A DNA stretch of 63,198 nucleotides from Gemmatimonadaceae bacterium (lineage in GTDB: Bacteria; Gemmatimonadota; Gemmatimonadetes; Gemmatimonadales; Gemmatimonadaceae). Of this stretch, positions 29,405-40,100 are shown in pieces. Every line of letters starts with the position of its first letter. Positions within the stretch are counted from its first letter, which is position 1. The translations under genes were made by a program, and so were the position numbers. The stretch is from NCBI GenBank assembly GCA_040901985.1, contig JBBDYC010000002.1, positions 102,457 through 165,654 on the forward strand, written 5' to 3'. The notes beneath the pieces are model-generated. The model was not told where the DNA came from, did not search any database, and was given only the letters and a program-made list of their open reading frames with translations.

Positions 29405-30657
29405 CCGACGCCGCACGGCGCTCGGCGTTCGACGAGCGCGTCCGGTTCCTCACCGAGCTCGGCCGGCGTCTGCACACCGCCGGCGTGTCGGCCTCGCGAC
29501 TCGAGGGTGCGGTGAAGTCGGTCGCCGGCTCGATCGGGGTGACCTGCGAGATCTGGTCGTCCCCGACCGGACTCCTCCTCTCGCTCGGCGACGCCGACGC
29601 GATGTCCACCACGCAGCAGACACGGGTGCTGCGACTCGACCCTGGGGAGATCCACCTCGGCAACCTCGCCGCTCTCGACCGGATCGCCGAGGACGTCGTG
29701 CGCGGCGCGATGACGGCCGAGGAGGCGTGGACGGCAATGCGCGCCCTCGACCGGCCGGTCACGGCGAGACAACAGCTGGCGACGGTCGCCGCGTTTGGGC
29801 TGGCGGCGGCAGCGGTGGCGGGCCTGCTCCGCACCGGATGGATTGACATCGCCGTAGCGGGGACGCTGGGCTTGGTGATCGGCTGGATTGCGCTCCTCAG
29901 CGCGACCCGGCCGCATCTCGCCGCGGCCTCGGAGGCCGTGGCGGCGCTCGTCGCGACGACTCTCGCCACCGCCTTTGCGCACTTCGTCGCGCCGCTGACG
30001 CTGCAGACGGTGATCGTCGCTGCGCTGATTGTCCTGATGCCAGGCCTCACGCTCACCACCGCCATCGCCGAGCTGGCCTCGCAGCAGCTCGTGACCGGCA
30101 CGACGCGCTTTGCCGGCGCGCTGATGGTGCTGCTCAAGCTCACCTTCGGCAGCGTCGCGGCGTCGCAGGTGATGCTGGCAATCGGCTGGATTCCGCAGCA
30201 GGCGGAGGCGCAGGTCCTGCCCCAGTGGGTCGAGGTCGTTGCGGCAATCGCGGCGTCCTTTTCCTTTGCGGTCCTTTTCCGGGCCGCTCGCCGCGACATC
30301 CTCCTCGTGATGGCGAGCGCCGCGCTCGGCTACGTGCTGACGCGCCTGGGCGGTGTCTGGCTCGGGCCGATGGCCACGGGGGCCTTCGCCGGCGCCGTCT
30401 TTGTCTCGAGCCTGGTGGTCGCGGCGTTGGCGAACCTGTACGGCCGCCGACGCGGGCGCCCCGGGGCGCTGATACGGGTCCCCGGGATCATGCTGCTGGT
30501 CCCTGGGAGCGTGGGGTTCCGCGCGGTGAGCTTCGTGATGGAGCGCGACTACGCGATCGGCCTCGACACGCTCGTCGCGGTGCTGAGCGCGTTGATCGCG
30601 CTCGTGGCCGGCCTCCTCTTTGGCAGTCTCCTCGTCCCGCCGCGCCGGCATCTCTAA
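29401..30657 (+). CDS. ThrE family threonine/serine exporter
   Basis: G..L...G....R.E, PTG, LMPGL.LT.AI.EL and LVPGS motifs; about 10 TM segments. Confidence 0.85.
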   Translation: MTDAARRSAFDERVRFLTELGRRLHTAGVSASRLEGAVKSVAGSIGVTCEIWSSPTGLLLSLGDADAMSTTQQTRVLRLDPGEIHLGNLAALDRIAEDVVRGAMTAEEAWTAMRALDRPVTARQQLATVAAFGLAAAAVAGLLRTGWIDIAVAGTLGLVIGWIALLSATRPHLAAASEAVAALVATTLATAFAHFVAPLTLQTVIVAALIVLMPGLTLTTAIAELASQQLVTGTTRFAGALMVLLKLTFGSVAASQVMLAIGWIPQQAEAQVLPQWVEVVAAIAASFSFAVLFRAARRDILLVMASAALGYVLTRLGGVWLGPMATGAFAGAVFVSSLVVAALANLYGRRRGRPGALIRVPGIMLLVPGSVGFRAVSFVMERDYAIGLDTLVAVLSALIALVAGLLFGSLLVPPRRHL

Positions 30658-30691
30658 AGCACACGCCTCGCGGCCCGCGGGTAGATTTCAG

Positions 30692-30719
30692 GCGGCCGCC
30701 GACCGTTTTCGGCGGCCGC
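30692..30719. other. Perfect 11-bp GC-rich hairpin (possible terminator or RNA stability element)
   Basis: gcggccgccga-ccgttt-tcggcggccgc, with no U-tract. Confidence 0.45.
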
Positions 30720-30741
30720 GACCCCAAATTCCACTCCCGCA

Positions 30742-31242
30742 ATGCACCGTTCACGCCCCCTCGCATCCCTCGCCGTCGCAATCGTCGCGTCCGCCTGCCT
30801 CGACGGGGCACCGTTCATCCCGCGGATCGAGGACACCAACTTCGACCCGTCCCTCGGCGTGGACCTTGCGGCGTCCACCAAGACGGCGTCGGGCGTCTAC
30901 TACCGGGACATCACCGTGGGGACGGGGCCGCAAGTACCGGCGGACTCGGGCGACACGGTGTTCGTGCGCTACACGGGCTATCTCCGCAACGCCGTGGTGT
31001 TCGACTCGAACGTTGATGCGGTCTCTCCCCTTCGGTTCGTGACTGGCCAGCGCGAGGTGATCGTTGGGTTCGAGGAGGGGATCTACGGCATCCTCGAAGG
31101 CGGCCAACGCCAGATCATCATCCCGCCGCTGCTCGCCTACGGCGGGTCGCCTCCACCGGGGTCGGGCATTCCGGACTACAGCATCCTCGTTTTCACCGTG
31201 ACGGTGACCCGAGTGGGGCTTCTCCCCGACCCGACTCCCTGA
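30742..31242 (+). CDS. FKBP-type peptidyl-prolyl isomerase, lipoprotein
   Basis: Lipobox ASAC; V.YTGYL, FDS, VI.GFEEG, IPP.LAYG and IP..S.LVF motifs. Confidence 0.9.
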   Translation: MHRSRPLASLAVAIVASACLDGAPFIPRIEDTNFDPSLGVDLAASTKTASGVYYRDITVGTGPQVPADSGDTVFVRYTGYLRNAVVFDSNVDAVSPLRFVTGQREVIVGFEEGIYGILEGGQRQIIIPPLLAYGGSPPPGSGIPDYSILVFTVTVTRVGLLPDPTP

Positions 31243-31314
31243 TCCGGGGGGGTCCCTGCCAGCGGTAATGTCCCGTCGGGGGTAGGTTTAGGTGTACCCG
31301 CACCGGAGCACCCG

Positions 31315-32364
31315 CTGACCACGCCCCCCGCATCGTCCCAACCCTCCGCCGAGCCGCACTTCGATGCCGCCGAATGGCGCTCCATCGTCGCGCGCTATGC
31401 GGGGCCGGACGTCCGGCGGTCCGTGTTCCAAGCCGTCACCACGCTGACGCTCCTGATCGGCGCGCTGGCGCTGGGGAACTGGCTGATGCCGCGGGCCCCC
31501 TGGGCGACCGCGCTCCTGATCCTTCCGATCGCCGGCCTGCTGGTGCGCACCTTCGTGATCATGCACGACTGCGCGCACGCCTCCTTCCTGCCGTGGCCGC
31601 GGGTGAACGATGCGGTCGGGTTCGTCACCGGCGTCCTGACGTTCACCGCGTTCAGCCAGTGGCGCCGCGACCACGCGCTGCATCACGCCTCGTCGGGGGA
31701 CCTCGACCGTCGTGGGTGGGGTGACGTCAGCACGCTCACGGTCGCCGAATACCAGGCGCTTTCCCGCTTCAAGCGCCTCAAGTATCGGCTCTACCGGCAC
31801 CCGTTCGTGATGTTCGGGGTCGGGCCGCTGCATATGATGATTCTCCAGCGTTTCCGCGCGCCGAGCCTCGCCAGCGGGGCCAAGCAGCTGTGGAACGTCT
31901 GGATGACGAACATTGCCCTGGTCAGCCTCGGCGCGATCGCCGTGCTCGCCTTCGGCTGGAAGTCGGTCTTCCTGCTCTACCTGCCGGCCTACTACGTCGC
32001 GGCGGCCGGCGGCATCTGGCTCTTCTACGTGCAGCATCAGTTTGAGGATGCGTACTGGGAGCGCGGCAAGGAATGGGACTATGCGACCGCCGCGATCAGC
32101 GGGAGCTCGCACCTCCGGATGCCGGGAATCCTCAACTGGTTCACCGGCCACATCGGACTGCACCACGTGCACCATCTCGGGCCGAAGATCCCCAACTACC
32201 GGCTCGCCAAGGCGCACGAGGAGAACCCGATTTTCCACGACGCGCCGGTCCTGACGCTGGCCACCGCGCTCAAGACGCTGCGGCTCACGCTGTGGGACGA
32301 GGGCAGCGGCCGAATGATCGGTTTCCGCGAACTGCGCCAGTCGCAGCAGGCCCGCGCGGGGTGA
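31315..32364 (+). CDS. Membrane fatty acid desaturase (Bacillus Des-like)
   Basis: His boxes HDCAH, HALHH, QH and HHVHH. Start proposed at CTG 31315; the ORF track uses GTG 31423. Confidence 0.88.
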   Translation: MTTPPASSQPSAEPHFDAAEWRSIVARYAGPDVRRSVFQAVTTLTLLIGALALGNWLMPRAPWATALLILPIAGLLVRTFVIMHDCAHASFLPWPRVNDAVGFVTGVLTFTAFSQWRRDHALHHASSGDLDRRGWGDVSTLTVAEYQALSRFKRLKYRLYRHPFVMFGVGPLHMMILQRFRAPSLASGAKQLWNVWMTNIALVSLGAIAVLAFGWKSVFLLYLPAYYVAAAGGIWLFYVQHQFEDAYWERGKEWDYATAAISGSSHLRMPGILNWFTGHIGLHHVHHLGPKIPNYRLAKAHEENPIFHDAPVLTLATALKTLRLTLWDEGSGRMIGFRELRQSQQARAG

Positions 32365-32402
32365 CCGCCGAGGCCGGGCCGGCCTCCCTGACTGGCGATT
32401 GG

Positions 32403-32885
32403 TCAGTGCCGGGCGAACACCGTCGTCGCGCCGGCGCGGGTGAACGCGAGCACGTCGTAGCGCTGGTATCCCGACCGGGGACCCTGTTCCATCCCCGGTG
32501 ACCCGATCGGCATCCCCGGCACGGCGATTCCGCGCACCGACGGCTTTTCGGCGAGCAGACGCTTCACGTCGTCGGCCGGCACGTGGCCCTCGACGACGTA
32601 GGCGCCGACCACGACCGTGTGGCACGAGGCAAGGGCCGGCGGCACACCGAGTTCCTGCTTCACCGAGGCGAGATCCTCGGTATCCACCGTGCGGACGGTG
32701 AAGCCGCTCGCCCGCGCGTGGTCCACCCACGAGGTGCAGCAGCCGCAGGCGGCGCTCTTGTAGACGGTCATTGGCGGGAGCGCGCCCTGCGACGCCCTCG
32801 GCGCCCCGAGCACGCGCGTGACGAGCACGAGACCGCCGGCGGCGCCGACCGAGAGTGCGACGAAATGGCGACGGGTGAGCGTCAT
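32403..32885 (-). CDS. DUF411/CopG-like metal-binding protein with Tat signal
   Basis: TRRHF twin-arginine; CGCC, SCHT, EGHVP and PGMP.GSPGM motifs. Confidence 0.88.
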   Translation of the reverse strand: MTLTRRHFVALSVGAAGGLVLVTRVLGAPRASQGALPPMTVYKSAACGCCTSWVDHARASGFTVRTVDTEDLASVKQELGVPPALASCHTVVVGAYVVEGHVPADDVKRLLAEKPSVRGIAVPGMPIGSPGMEQGPRSGYQRYDVLAFTRAGATTVFARH

Positions 32886-32895
32886 TGCACGACTC

Positions 32896-34188
32896 CTAGC
32901 GGACGCCGACGAGGGCGGTGACGATGAGCAGCGCGAACTGCGGACCCTTGAAGGCGTCCGGCGTCTCGAGGTAAAACTCCTCCGTGCCGTGCGCGCCGCC
33001 ACCCTGGCCGCCGCCGTCAATGGTGATGGCCGGGATGCCGAGGGAGATCGGCAGGTTGGCGTCGGTGCTCGAGGCGCTGGTGCGTGGCGTCCAGCCGACC
33101 GCGCGCGCGGCCGCCATCGCCGTGCGGACGATGTAGGCGTCGTCGGCCTGGCCCCCGGTGGGGCGGATGCCGATTGTGTCGTACCGCACCGTGATCGAGG
33201 CGCGCGAACCGGGCCACCGCGCGAGCTCCTCGGCGAGGCCGGCCGCCACCGCCGCGCGAATTCGGCGATCCATCTCGAGCAGGTTCTCCGGCGACTCCGA
33301 CCGCATATCCACGTCCATCTGCGCGAGCGGCGTGATCGTGTTCACGCTCGTGCCGCCGCGCACGATGCCGACATTGAAGGTCGTCCGCGCACCCGGCGGG
33401 ACCGGCAGCTCGGCGATCTTGGCGATCGCGCGCCCCATCGCGTGCATCGGGTTGGCCATCCCGAAGGCGCCGTAGCTGTGCCCGCCCGGCCCTTCGAACG
33501 AGATCGTGTAGCGGTGACTCCCGACGGCGCGCGAAACGATTGACGCGCTGCCGGCGCCGTCCACGGAAATGAAGTAGTCGACCAGCCCGACGAACTCCTT
33601 GGTCAGGAGATGCCTGACGCCGCGGAGATTCCCCGGGCCTTCCTCGCCGACGTTCCCGACGAAGAGCACACGCCCGCACGGCGCGATGCCGCTCTCCTTC
33701 ATCACCTTGGCCAGCGTGAGCACCACCGCGAGGCCGCGGCAGTCGTCACCGATGCCAGGGCCGGCGATCCTGTTGCCGGTGCGGGAGGTGCGCACGTCGG
33801 TACCTTCCGGAAAGACCGTGTCGAGGTGGCCGGCGATCATCACCACCGGGCCGTCCCCGCCCCGAAGCTCGGCGATGACGTTCCCTTCGCTGTCTATGCG
33901 GGCATCGGAATAGCCGAACGCGACGAGGCGGCGCCGGAACTCCTCGGCGCGCACACTTTCCTTGAACGGCGGGGCCGGGATCTCGCAGATTGAGATCTGC
34001 TGCTCGAGCGTCCACGCCTGGTGCGCCTCCACCGCCTCCAGCGCCCGGCGGACTCCGGGATCGGTGTCAACGAGGCGGACCGTCTGGGCGGCGAGGGCCG
34101 CCGGTAGGACGAAGGCGAGGGCGGCAAAGGCGGCGAGGCCGCCCAGCCGGCCGGCGCGCGGGGTGTGGCGGACGGTGGTCTTGTGCAT
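32896..34188 (-). CDS. Exported M20 family peptidase (peptidase T-like)
   Basis: GHLDTVF, GIGDD, VGEEG, GGHS, STDAN and AH motifs. Confidence 0.87.
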   Translation of the reverse strand: MHKTTVRHTPRAGRLGGLAAFAALAFVLPAALAAQTVRLVDTDPGVRRALEAVEAHQAWTLEQQISICEIPAPPFKESVRAEEFRRRLVAFGYSDARIDSEGNVIAELRGGDGPVVMIAGHLDTVFPEGTDVRTSRTGNRIAGPGIGDDCRGLAVVLTLAKVMKESGIAPCGRVLFVGNVGEEGPGNLRGVRHLLTKEFVGLVDYFISVDGAGSASIVSRAVGSHRYTISFEGPGGHSYGAFGMANPMHAMGRAIAKIAELPVPPGARTTFNVGIVRGGTSVNTITPLAQMDVDMRSESPENLLEMDRRIRAAVAAGLAEELARWPGSRASITVRYDTIGIRPTGGQADDAYIVRTAMAAARAVGWTPRTSASSTDANLPISLGIPAITIDGGGQGGGAHGTEEFYLETPDAFKGPQFALLIVTALVGVR

Positions 34189-34213
34189 ATTCGGAATCTA
34201 CCCTTGGGTGCCT

Positions 34214-35914
34214 ATGAGCTACTATCCCTGGTTCAAGCATTATGACCCCGGCGTTCCCCGGACGATCGGCGTGTACCCCGAGGGAACGCTGCTCGACGCG
34301 GTGGACGCCGGGATCCGTCAGCGCCCCGACGCCACGGCCTTCCTCTTCAAGGGGCGCGCGATGTCGCTGCGCGAACTTGGTGAGGCGAGCGACGCCTTTG
34401 CCGTCGCACTCGCGGCGATGGGGGTCAAGCGTGGGGACCGGGTGGCGTGCATCCTCCCGAACTGCCCGCAGTTCTTCATCGGCGAACTGGCCGCCTGGAA
34501 GCTCGGCGCGGTCTGGGTGCCGCTGAACCCCATCTACACGGATGAGGAGCTCGTGGGCCCGTTGATCACGACAGGCGCCACGGTGATGCTCACGCTGAGC
34601 GCGTTTTACGAGCGCGTCAAGAGCGTGCAGCCGCGGACGAGCGTTCGGCGCGTGGTGCTGACCAACATCAAGGAGTGGTTCCCGCGGCTCCTGCGCCTGA
34701 TCTTCACGCTGGCGGTGGAACGAAAGTCCGGGCATCGCGCCACGGCGCGCGACGCCGACGTCTGGCTGCCGGCGCTCCTCAAGCGGCACGCCGGCGAGCG
34801 TCCCGCGGCGGCGCGTCCCGGCAAGGACGACGACGCGCTGCTCCTGATGAGCGGCGGAACCACCGGCACCCCGAAGGCCGTGCGCGTGCATCACGGCGGA
34901 CTCGTACAGACCGGCACGCAGGTGCGCGCCTGGCTCGCCGCGGTGTTGCCTCCCTGGGATGGCGTCTATTGCCTGCCGCTGCCGATGTTCCACTCGTACG
35001 GCGCCTGCGGCGTGCAGACGTCCTGTCTCCTCGGGCACAATCCGATCGCGCTGGTGCCGAACCCCCGCGACTTCGACGACCTCGTGAAGACCATCGAGGT
35101 GACCAAGCCGGCGGTCTTCTGCGGCGTCCCGTCGCTCTACAACGCGCTGCTCAATCACCGGAAGGTGATTGCGGGAAAGGTGGACTTCCGATCCATGCGC
35201 GCCTGCGTCTCCGGCGCCGCGCCGCTGATGGTCGAGACAATCCGGCGGTTCGAGGCGACGACCGGGGCGCGCATCATCGAAGGCTACGCGCTCACCGAGT
35301 CGGTGCTGGCGGCCACGATCAATCCGCTCAAGGGCCCCGAGAAGCCGGGCTCGGTCGGCCTGCCGCTCCCCGACTGTGTGGTGCGGATTGTGGACGCCGA
35401 CAATCCGACGCGGGAACTCCCGACCGGCGAAGTGGGCGAAATCCTCCTCACCGGGCCGCAGATCATGCGCGGCTACTGGGGCGCGCCCGACGACACCGAG
35501 GAGATGCTCCAGACCCACGCCGACGGGACGAAGTGGCTGCACACGGCGGACCTCGGCTACCTCGACGCCGACGGCTACCTCTACATCGTGGACCGCAAGA
35601 AGGACCTGATCAAGATGGGCGGGATGCAGGTCTGGCCGCGGGAGATCGAGGAAGTGCTCTCGGCGCATCCCGCGGTGTTGGAATGCGGCGTGCGGGGATT
35701 CCCCGACGAGCGTCGCGGCGAGGTCGCGGTGGCGTTCGTCGTGCGCCGCGTCGGCCAGGCGGCAACCGAGGAGGAGTTGCGCGCCTGGTGCAAGGAGAAG
35801 CTCGCGCCCTTCAAGGTGCCGGCGCGGATCGTCTTCAGGCCGGAACTGCCGAAGTCCATGATCGGGAAGGTGCTGCGCCGGTTCCTCACCGAGGACGCAC
35901 AGGCGGCGACGTGA
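34214..35914 (+). CDS. Long-chain fatty acid--CoA ligase
   Basis: SGGTTGTPK, EGYALTE, DLG, DRKKDLI and PKS.IGK motifs. Confidence 0.9.
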   Translation: MSYYPWFKHYDPGVPRTIGVYPEGTLLDAVDAGIRQRPDATAFLFKGRAMSLRELGEASDAFAVALAAMGVKRGDRVACILPNCPQFFIGELAAWKLGAVWVPLNPIYTDEELVGPLITTGATVMLTLSAFYERVKSVQPRTSVRRVVLTNIKEWFPRLLRLIFTLAVERKSGHRATARDADVWLPALLKRHAGERPAAARPGKDDDALLLMSGGTTGTPKAVRVHHGGLVQTGTQVRAWLAAVLPPWDGVYCLPLPMFHSYGACGVQTSCLLGHNPIALVPNPRDFDDLVKTIEVTKPAVFCGVPSLYNALLNHRKVIAGKVDFRSMRACVSGAAPLMVETIRRFEATTGARIIEGYALTESVLAATINPLKGPEKPGSVGLPLPDCVVRIVDADNPTRELPTGEVGEILLTGPQIMRGYWGAPDDTEEMLQTHADGTKWLHTADLGYLDADGYLYIVDRKKDLIKMGGMQVWPREIEEVLSAHPAVLECGVRGFPDERRGEVAVAFVVRRVGQAATEEELRAWCKEKLAPFKVPARIVFRPELPKSMIGKVLRRFLTEDAQAAT

Positions 35915-37149
35915 GGCGGCGTGGCCTGCTCGCCGCCGGCCTGCTGCTGGCGGCTGTCGTCGCAGCGTGCCAGGTGCCGGAAGTTGCCGCGGGAAGCCAG
36001 CCGCCGCGGGTGCTCCTGATCTCGCTCGACGGCTTCCGGTGGGACTATGTGGAACGACCAGCCGCGGTACGGATCCGCGAGCTCGCCGCACGTGGCGTGC
36101 GCGCCGAGCGGATGGTCCCGGTCTTTCCATCGAAGACCTTCCCGAACCACTACTCGATCGTCACCGGACTCTTCGCCGAGGAGCACGGGATTGTCGCCAA
36201 CCGGATGCGCGATCCGGAGCTCGGCGTCTTCACGCTCCGCGACACGTTGGCCCAGTCCGAGTCGCGCTGGTGGGGCGGCGAGCCGATCTGGGTCACCGTT
36301 GAACGGCAGGGCCGCCGCGCGGCGTCGGCGTCGTGGCCGGGCAGCGAGGCGGTCATCGGCGGCTTGGCCCCCACGTGGTGGAGTCGGTACTGGCACGACG
36401 AACCGCACATCTCGCGCATCGGGCGAGTCCTCGGCTGGCTAGCGCTGCCGGTGGACTCGGCGCCCGCCGTCATCACCGCGTACTTCCACGACGTGGACTC
36501 GGAGGGCCACGCGCACGGCCCCGATGCTGCGGAGACGGACTCGGCGATCGCGAGGGTGGACCGCGCAGTGGGGAGCATCGTGGATGGGATTGCCAGGCTC
36601 GGCCTGACGAACATCGTGAATGTGATCCTCGTGGCCGACCACGGGATGGTCGCGACGAGTCCGTCCCGGCTGATCATCCTCGACGAGCTCGCGGACCTTC
36701 GCGACGCCGAGGTGGTGGACTGGAATCCGGTGGCGGCGATCGCGCCGCGGGCGGACGACGTGGAGCGGCTCTACCGCGCACTGCACGGCGCGCACCCGCA
36801 CCTCCAGGTGTACCGCAAGGGCGAGGTCCCTGCACGATGGCGCTTCAACGCGCATCCGCGCATCACGCCGATCGTCGCGGTCGCCGACGAGGGGTGGACA
36901 ATCACCTCGCGCGCGCAGGCGGACCGCTGGCGTGCGGAGCGGTGGGCCGGCGGGGGCACGCACGGCTACAATCCGGAGCTCATCTCGATGGGAGCGCTCT
37001 TTGTCGCGGCCGGTCCGGGGATCGCACAGGGCCGGGTGGTGCCACCGTTCCGCAACGTGCACGTCTATCCGTTGATGGCCCACCTGCTGGGCCTGGTGCC
37101 GGCGCCGTCCAGCGGGTCCCTCGATTCGGTGCGCGCGATGCTCCGCTGA
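35911..37149 (+). CDS. Nucleotide pyrophosphatase/phosphodiesterase (alkaline phosphatase superfamily), lipoprotein
   Basis: ISLDGFR, FPSKTFPNH, D..GH, DHGM and HGY motifs; lipobox VAAC; GTGA overlap. Confidence 0.9.
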   Translation: MRRRGLLAAGLLLAAVVAACQVPEVAAGSQPPRVLLISLDGFRWDYVERPAAVRIRELAARGVRAERMVPVFPSKTFPNHYSIVTGLFAEEHGIVANRMRDPELGVFTLRDTLAQSESRWWGGEPIWVTVERQGRRAASASWPGSEAVIGGLAPTWWSRYWHDEPHISRIGRVLGWLALPVDSAPAVITAYFHDVDSEGHAHGPDAAETDSAIARVDRAVGSIVDGIARLGLTNIVNVILVADHGMVATSPSRLIILDELADLRDAEVVDWNPVAAIAPRADDVERLYRALHGAHPHLQVYRKGEVPARWRFNAHPRITPIVAVADEGWTITSRAQADRWRAERWAGGGTHGYNPELISMGALFVAAGPGIAQGRVVPPFRNVHVYPLMAHLLGLVPAPSSGSLDSVRAMLR

Positions 37150-37158
37150 CGTGTCACC

Positions 37159-40100
37159 TCACCGCGTGTCGGCAGAGAGGAGCACGAACGACGCCCAATA
37201 AAATGGATGGCGGGTGGCGGGGTCGGCATAGAGCGCGCGCCGCGCGTCGGTGAGGGCGTCAATCGTCGCTGCGCCTGCGGCCAGCCGTTCGTGGAGCACG
37301 GCCGCGAGACGAGCCGCCGACGGGCCGATCGGCCAGTGCGTCGCGACCACTTCGCGCGCGCCGGCGCGCAGGAATGCACGCGAGAGACTGAACGCACCCT
37401 CGCCCGAGAGAGCCGTGCCGGCGGCGGTCGCACAGGCACTCAGGATTACCAATGCGGGCGCGCCGTCCCAAGCGCCGAGTTCGACGGTGTGCAGGTAGCC
37501 ATCGCTCGCCCGTCCCGCCGCCAGTCGGAGATGTGAGGCCGCTGGATCGCCACGGTCGTTCACCGCGTGGGCCACGACGTGCAGGATGTCCGGGTCGCGC
37601 CGCCGTGCGTGGAGCGCTTCCTCGGTCGCCCGAGGACCGACGAGCTCGGTGATGTTCGCCGATCGCCAGGCGTCGCGTACGGCGCGGCGCTCGGTTTCCA
37701 CGCCGGGCGCCTCCTGTGCGACGATCAGGATCTTACCCGCCCGCAGCGGCGAGCGGTCGGCAATCGCCCACGCGCCCGGCACATAGCCGACCGAAGCGGC
37801 GAGGAGGAGCGGCCGGCTCGGCGCGACGGGGTCGGGGAGCATCTCGAACGGCAGCGCTGCCAATGCGCCGTCGGCGGCGATGAGAACGCGCCGGGCCGCG
37901 CGAAGTTCGCCGGCCACAGGGTCGAGCAGCGCGCGCGACAACCGCCGGAGCGCCGCGCTGTCGGTGCGGACGCGGGCGAGATCCACTTCGCCGAGCCAGA
38001 CGTCATCGAGGCCGCGTCTCGCCCGGCCGACGTCGGCAGCGATGCCGACGGCCGCCTCCCCAAGGCGATGCACGGTGAGCGTTGTCCGCGTCATCGCGAT
38101 GACGTGCGCCTGTCCGTCGGCGAGGAGATAGTCGAGGAATAGCGTGCCGGGGGCGAGTCGCGCCTGCATCGCGTTCACCGGTGGAATCGCCGCCGCTCGC
38201 TCACCGCTCGTCCGCAGCGCTGCGGCCTTCCGGCGGGCCGACCAGTCGAGGAGCGCAGCCGCGCGAAGCTCCGGTTCCCGGAGCAGGAGCGCGAGCGCGG
38301 AGTCAAACGGCGCCAAGTGACGATCACGGAATGATGCACGGTCGAGGTCGGCGTCGAGACCGACGCTCGTCGTGTCCACGACGTTCGCCGCGGTCCGGTA
38401 CGCGGCGAGCGCGTCCGCCGTGCGTCCGGCGCGAGCGGAGGCGTCACCGGTGGCGAGGGCGGCCTCGAAGCGCAACCCGGGGTGCTCCTCGAGAAACCGG
38501 TCGCGGAGGATCGCGCGTCCAAGCACTACGGCGCTGTCGGCGGCTCCTTCAAGCGCGAGCAGGCGCACGCCGAGCAACTGCGCCCCGATGGCCTCGGTGG
38601 GAGCGGCGGCGAGTGTGGCGAGTGACTCCGCGGCAACGGCCGCCCGCGCGACGTCTCCGCGCGCGCCACTGCGCAGCGCCATCCGCCCCCACGCCAGGTG
38701 CGCGAGCGCGGCCGCCTGCACGTCGCCACCGCGCGAGCGCTCGGCCGCCCACTCGGCGAGGATCCGCGTGGCGTCGGCAAGCCGTCCCTGACGCGCCAGG
38801 ACGTCCGGGAGCACCGGCACGTCGCCCGGTCGCCAGCCGCGTCGCGCCGCATCGTGCGCCCGCGCGACCACCGCCGCGCTGTCGAAGCGACCGAGCGCGG
38901 TGTACACCCGCGCGAGCCCAGCCAGGTCGAGCGGGTCCACTGGTGGCCGTCGGATTCCTGCCGCGTACATCTCCGCTGCTTCACGCAGCGACCCCCGCCG
39001 CTCCAGGTACTCGCCGGCCCATTGATGATTGTTGTCCTGCTCCCGCACCGCGGCGACCATCCGCTCGTAGTCGACGTTGGCCGCCGCGTGCCACCCGGCC
39101 TTCCGTTTGATCTCTCCCGCATCGCGCAAGGCGATGACCCGAAGCCCATCCCACTTGAAGGGCGTGGTGATCGCGATGAAGCGGTCGGCCGCAGCGGCGG
39201 CCTCGGGCCAGCGCCCGAGCCGCTCATACGCGTGCGCAAGGTTATGCCAGGCCTCGGCGAGCTCGTAGACATCGTCAATGGCGGTGCCTATTGCCACCGC
39301 ACGGCGGAGGTCGGCAAGGCTTTCCTCCGTGCGACCGGCCCGGCTCAACGCCCGGCCGCGGAGCACGCGCGCGCTCAGTTCGAGCTGAGGTGATCGGCGG
39401 TCGAGGGCGACTGCCAGCGCGCGGTCGAGATCGGACATCGCGCGCGCCGGTTCGCCCTGACTGATCAGCAGGCGACCGAGCATCGTGTACCCCGAGACCT
39501 CGGTGCGCCAATCCCCGAGCGCGCGCGCCAGAACGATCGTCTCGCGCCGGATTGCCTCGACGCTCTCGGCGTCTCCCGCGAGAATCTGGAGCTCCGCGTC
39601 AATGTCGCGGACCAGGCGATAGTGCAATGCGGGGTTTCCGTCGCGGCGCACGGCCACGGCGAGCGCACGGTACCGCGCAATCGCACGTAGCGTGTCGCCG
39701 ATTGCCAGCGCGGTGGACGCGCATTGAATCTCGAGGTGGAGCCGGTCCGGGGGGTCGGTGAGCGCACGGCGAGCGGCATCACAGGTCGCCGCGACGTGCG
39801 CCCGGTCAACGCGGCTGGGCGTGTTGACGGCGTCAAGCCAGTGCGTGACGATCTGCGGCGACGCGGCGATGGCGCTGTCGAGAAGCGCGAGCAGCGGCGG
39901 TCCCCAATGCGATGGGTTCTGGCTGCGCGCGGCGACCATCGCGCGGACGGAAAGCGCACAGTCGCGGGCGCGCGGCGACCCATCCACCAATCGTAACTGT
40001 GAGTCGGCGCGGGCAACTTCTCCCTCGTCGAACCCCGGCACGAACGAAAACTCCGCCACCGCCTGCAGGCACCTCGTCACCCCGGAATCGCCGTCGCGCC

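Noticed and set aside
30742..32364. Stop-codon readthrough fusing FKBP to the desaturase (same frame, single TGA)
   Set aside because: An exported lipoprotein fused to a cytoplasm-facing desaturase is implausible; an RBS plus CTG explains the frame more simply.
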